Position numbers and translations under genes: made by a program. Below, piece by piece: positions 53,011 through 64,000 of a stretch of 64,000 bases of DNA; the first letter of the stretch is position 1, and every line of letters begins with the position of its first letter. The stretch spans positions 15,996,001 to 16,060,000 of the forward strand of contig OX597828.1 of assembly GCA_951406725.2 (NCBI GenBank), in the 5' to 3' direction. Source of the stretch: Octopus vulgaris. Taxonomy: Eukaryota. The notes beneath the pieces are model-generated. The model searched no databases. It was not told where the DNA came from and was given only the letters and a program-made list of their open reading frames with translations.

Positions 53011-53060
53011 GACACCTCTGACGAGACACCAGTAGGGTTCGAAAATCGATTAAGAATGTT
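53011..53060 (+). ncRNA. Minimal type I hammerhead ribozyme motif (stem I degenerate)
   Basis: CTGACGA (53018-53024)-GACACCAGTAGGGTTC-GAAA-ATCGAT-TA with palindromic stem III AATCGATT. Confidence 0.55.
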
Positions 53061-53486
53061 CATTATTTTTTTCTATCTACAGAGAATTAAGTCAAACTCG
53101 CAATGTTTGTATTCCTACGACGTAGGTGGCACTGCTGCACATCAGCAGAGAGATGCTACGCTATTTGCATCTATACCTCAGAGCAACGATTTCAATTTAT
53201 TGCTAAAATAACAGCGACATATCGATATCATTCATCTACAGGGCGAGTTTTTTCGTCGACTTTGACTTATTCATTGTTTTTAACACTTTATCATCTTTAA
53301 GGGATTATGCCAGCTATCTCGCAGTTAATAACCGTATGAACAAAACACATACATTAAGTATGTGGCATTGATTACATATATGTATATATATATATATAAG
53401 AAATACAGAATTTCTAAATCTCTCGTAGAGACATGTACGGTGGTGGGGCGATAGAATGGTTGTATAGATTGACAGTATACAACCAT

Positions 53487-53546
<60 letters not shown>

Positions 53547-53547
<1 letters not shown>

Positions 53548-54444
53548 TAGCTTAAGGTGACCCGCCCTACGCGCGGGTGAGGTTGTGGTTGTTACTTTCT
53601 GTTGCTTCCTTTCTGTTTCTTATGACCACATTCTCCCTCTTTGTTTCTCTCTCCTTTCTCTCTCACTTTCCCACTCTCTTACTCTTAATTTCTCTCGGAC
53701 TTTCCCTAGCTTTCTCTTACTCTCTATCTTTCTCTATCTATCTCTCTCCCATTTATAAACAACAAAAAATCTTGCGTAAGTTGACAAAAAAAATATTTTT
53801 ACGCTTTTTAAACCCTTTGTCGTTATTCTCATTCACTCATTATTACTTTCTCCCTTCCTTTCACTTTCTCTCTATAACGTCGTTTGATAGCGTCTTTCCT
53901 CCGCTACCTTCGCTAGCGCTTTCACTCTCTCTCTCTCTCTCTCTCTCTACGTCTGTCTGCATTCATAGAGAGAATTATCATCGCCACCACCACCACCACC
54001 ACCACACAATCATGAGAATCTTTCTCTCTATATATAGATAGAGAGAGAGAGGGGGAGAGAGAAAGTAATAATGAGAGAAAGTAATAACGACGAAGGGTTT
54101 AAAAAGCGTAAAAATATTGAAGGCGGCGGAGGAAAGATAGTAGACGCTATCAAACGACGTTATAGAGAGAAAGTGAAAGGAAGGGAGGAAAGAAAGAGAG
54201 AGAGAGAGATCGAGGAAGACAGGCAGATAAAAGAATGAGAGTAGACTTGTCAAAGTGTGCGTTTTTTGTCCTAGTAACCACACGTTTTGAGATATGGATT
54301 TCTAACCTAGCCCACTCTCATCCTCACCTCATTTTACATATCCCTGTAAATTTTGGAGTCAATCCGACGGGATCTAGTGGCCTTTAACCCGTTCCAATGC
54401 CAAAACCAGACAAACTTTTCGCATTCAGAATTATAATATAGAGA
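53547..54444 (-). mobile_element. Non-autonomous Helitron
   Basis: Minus strand starts TC after A (54444) and ends with hairpin ACCCGC...GCGGGT (53560-53578) then CTAG before T (53547); no TSD. Confidence 0.8.
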
Positions 54445-54486
54445 TATATATTTGTGTGTGTATGTATGTATGTATGTATGTATATA

Positions 54487-55326
54487 CAGGGCGTGATGAG
54501 TGAATTGTCGTCATTTAAAAATTTTAATTTCACGCATGCACATTGCTTGTTTTCGATTTTGGTGACTACACAGTATAGTAGGGTCAGGTGGGCACCATCT
54601 GTAAGAAAAAACTACACCATGACGCAATTCACTCTGCTAGAAATTTGTGAATGACATGCTGTACTGCTCAGCATTCGCGCCGGAAGCTCCAATATGAACA
54701 TTTCAGAGTGGTTGGGTGTCTATCTGAGAACAGTGCAATCTGAGGACATGTACCGAGAGTCATGAAAATCAAACATCCAGTCAACATCATAGTGTTTGGA
54801 GGCGACGTTATACCTCCATGCATCTTTCTACATGACTTCACACTCAACACGGAGGCTTATATCAAGTGCTTGGAGCAGGTAGTGCTGCTCTGCGTGAAGA
54901 AGGTGGCTGTCAACAGACACAAGCAGGAAAACCCAGTCAGGGCTGTCAGACAATTTCTGTGATCACATCACTCCTAACATCTAGCCACGTAACTCTCCAG
55001 ACTGCAACCCCTTTGGTTATTATGTATAGGGCGCAGTTGAGCGAGAGACCAACAAAACTCTTTGTGAACTCAAAGATGAACTAAAGGCAAGGATTATGGC
55101 AGCATTCACCAACTTAAACAAGGGGACCATCCAGAAGAGTTGCAGGAGATCCCAAAGTCTTCTAGAGGCCGTGATTGAAGCCAATGGCGATTTTATTGAA
55201 TAAATTTACTCTTTAGTATTTCAAGATATTTTAATGTAATCTTGGTAAATATATCTGTTAAAATGAGATGTCAGTGTTATTTTCATTTTTGCGTAATTTA
55301 GATGACAGCTTATTTCCCGCACCCTG
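54487..55326 (+). mobile_element. Internally deleted Tc1/mariner-superfamily DNA transposon (DD37D/maT-like)
   Basis: TA-CAGGG...CCCTG-TA ends; KHPVNIIVFG and I*PRNSPDCNPFGYYV*G...LEAVIEANGDFIE* transposase remnants. Confidence 0.8.
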
Positions 55327-56272
55327 TATATATATCAGCAATTGAGAGGACGAAGGAATAAATAATTATGGAATTATGGAGTTCCTTACCTTACGGCTGT
55401 TTCTGCCATCAGATGCAGTAGACTCATAGTTGAGTGCCTGAATATCGCCTCATAGCTTCATCGGAGCGTCAAACATGAAGTAATGACATATATATTATCT
55501 CTTACTGTGTAGTATTAGAATTGGATTCATTGAGCCTAGGAAAAAAAAGGACACGGTGGCCACATATGGAATATCATCTGATCTTAAGTCTGTTTGATCG
55601 AATCTTACCTGGGGTTAAACGTTTAAAACAACAACACATCTCGCTCGTTTTCAACAACATCTCTTTCTCCTTTCCTACCTCTCACCCTCCCTCTTTCCTT
55701 TTCCTTACCTCTCACCATTCCTCTCTCCGGTCGTCCCCTTCACAATACCATCCGTTATCCCATTCTATACAACTAAAACACTACGTACAACTTAACTAAA
55801 CACTTCTCCACTCATACAACGCCCTCCGACTCCTTCATTTACTCCATCTCATACCAACACCTTTCTCTCTCTTTGCTTGATTCCCTTTTCCCCCTCTTCC
55901 ATTCTATCTTTTTCTCTCACTTCGTCTCCCTATCTCTCTCTCTTTGCCTCTCTTTCTTTTTGCTTCTCTCTCTCATTGCCTCTCTCTCTCTTTGCCTCTC
56001 TCTCTCTGTTTGCCCCTCTCTCTGTTTGCCTCTCTCTCTGTGCCTCTCTCTGTTTGCCTCTCTCTATTTGCCTCTCTCTTTCTCTCTCTCTTTGCCTCTC
56101 TCTATCTTTCCCTTTCTCTCTCTCCCCCTCTCTCTCTGTGATTTTCTTGTACCTTCTTTCTAACTGTGACTTAGTTGTTCTCTCCCTCTACCTTCTTTAC
56201 TTCTGTCTCTTTCTTTCCCCCTCTTTTTCTGTCAGTTTCTCATGCCCCTTCTGAATCAGCAGTATTTCTTAA

Positions 56273-56329
<57 letters not shown>

Positions 56330-56407
56330 GTCTGTCTCTCTCTCCTATTCTCTCTCTCTCTTTCTCTCTCAATCAATCAATCCATCCATCCATCCATCCA
56401 TCCATCC

Positions 56408-56482
<75 letters not shown>

Positions 56483-56548
56483 TATCTATCTGTGTCTGTC
56501 TCCCTCTCCTTGTCTGTCTCTCTCTCCCTCTTTCTCCCCCTTCTATCT

Positions 56549-56670
56549 GGCGTGGCTGTGTGTAAGAAATTTGTTTCCCAACTACATGGTTCTGGCTTCA
56601 GTCCCACTGTGAAGCACCTTCTACCAAAACCTTGAGACGATTTAGTCGACGGAAACTGAAAGAAGCCCGT

Positions 56671-56671
<1 letters not shown>
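56549..56671 (+). mobile_element. SINE family A 5' half
   Basis: GGCGTGGCTGTGTGTAAG...GGAAACTGAAAGAAGCCCGTC. Confidence 0.8.
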
Positions 56672-56730
<59 letters not shown>

Positions 56731-56863
56731 AGTACGTGTGCGAGCGTGTGTATAGCTATGTGTGTGTGTGTGTGCATGTACGTATGAATGAGTATCTGTG
56801 TATATGCGCATATGAATAAACATACATACATGTGTGTGTATATATATATATGTATATATATGC

Positions 56864-56898
<35 letters not shown>

Positions 56899-57189
56899 TA
56901 TATATATATGATAAACACACACCCATACGCAAATCGTTTCTCTCATAACACCTCCGCTGCACTCTACTCCGCTCCATTCTACTCCACTCCACTCCACTCC
57001 ACAGCTCCTCTCCCCTTGCTACCCCAACCTCTATACACCCCTCACTCACTCACCCACCACTATTCATCTATCTGTCGTACTTCCATTGTTCCAATGTAAC
57101 AACACCGACCACCAAGTCTTGCTAGAAACCAAACTGACAGCTCCAACCAGAATTTTCGCTGGAAGATCCCAGCCTCGCACATAATACGG

Positions 57190-63420
<6,231 letters not shown>

Positions 63421-63894
63421 ATGAATAATTAGTCAGCTAGTTTAATAGGCAGATAGAAAGATAGATATATAAAATGGTACATATGTATGTGTGTGTGTGT
63501 GTGTGTGTGTTTGCGTGTGTGTGAGTGTATGTGTTTATGTCTCTGGGATGTGTGCGAACATAGACTTCCATAGAATGATGAAGTCGGTGGTGTAAAGAGG
63601 CGGGACGGCGTTGCCGTACTTTTCAACTTACTGGATGTAAGAGGGGTAATAGCGTCTACCTTGTCGCTCTTTCCATTCTCAGCGTCAATCAAGAGTCTTA
63701 AGACTCCACATTTCTTCTTAAAAACCTATCTCCATCACTGCATATATGTATATGTATATCTATCTTTTTATCTATTTCTGTCTATCTGTCTGTCTGGCTA
63801 ACTGTCTTTTATATACACATAGATGTATATGCATACACATATGTATATACGCATACGCATACATATATATATATGTTTATATATGTATATAAAC

Positions 63895-64000
63895 GCAGGC
63901 GTGGCTGTGTGGTAAGTAGCTTGCTTACCAACCACACGGTTCCGGGTTCAGTCCCACTGCGTGGCACCTTGGGCAAGCGTCTTCTACTATAGCCAAGGCC
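63895..64000 (+). mobile_element. SINE family A head (runs to the window edge)
   Basis: GCAGGCGTGGCTGTGTGGTAAG...GGTTCCGGGTTCAGTCCCACTGCGTGGCACCTTGGGCAAG. Confidence 0.85.

Overview
Eukaryotic, AT-rich, microsatellite-saturated non-coding DNA. Its tRNA-derived SINE families and repeat make-up suggest a coleoid cephalopod (Octopus-like; inference). No host protein-coding exon is recognisable, and nearly all ORF-track entries are translations of microsatellites. The main feature is a complete, very young 4,258-bp LTR retrotransposon (117-4374) with identical 277-bp LTRs, a 5-bp ACGGA TSD, and gag and pol joined by a -1 frameshift (G GGA AAC plus a predicted H-type pseudoknot). Its primer-binding site lacks the usual TGG and is instead the exact complement of nt 1-12 of tRNA-Phe, implying priming by a 12-nt 5' tRNA fragment. 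The rest is a graveyard of mobile elements: R4/Dong-type RLE LINEs embedded in (CATA)n and (TAA)n, Penelope remnants, numerous type I hammerhead ribozyme motifs, Helitron, Tx1, RTE and Tc1/mariner fragments, MITEs, three SINE families and a 415-bp spacer-less palindrome. All calls were made by eye, with no database searches.
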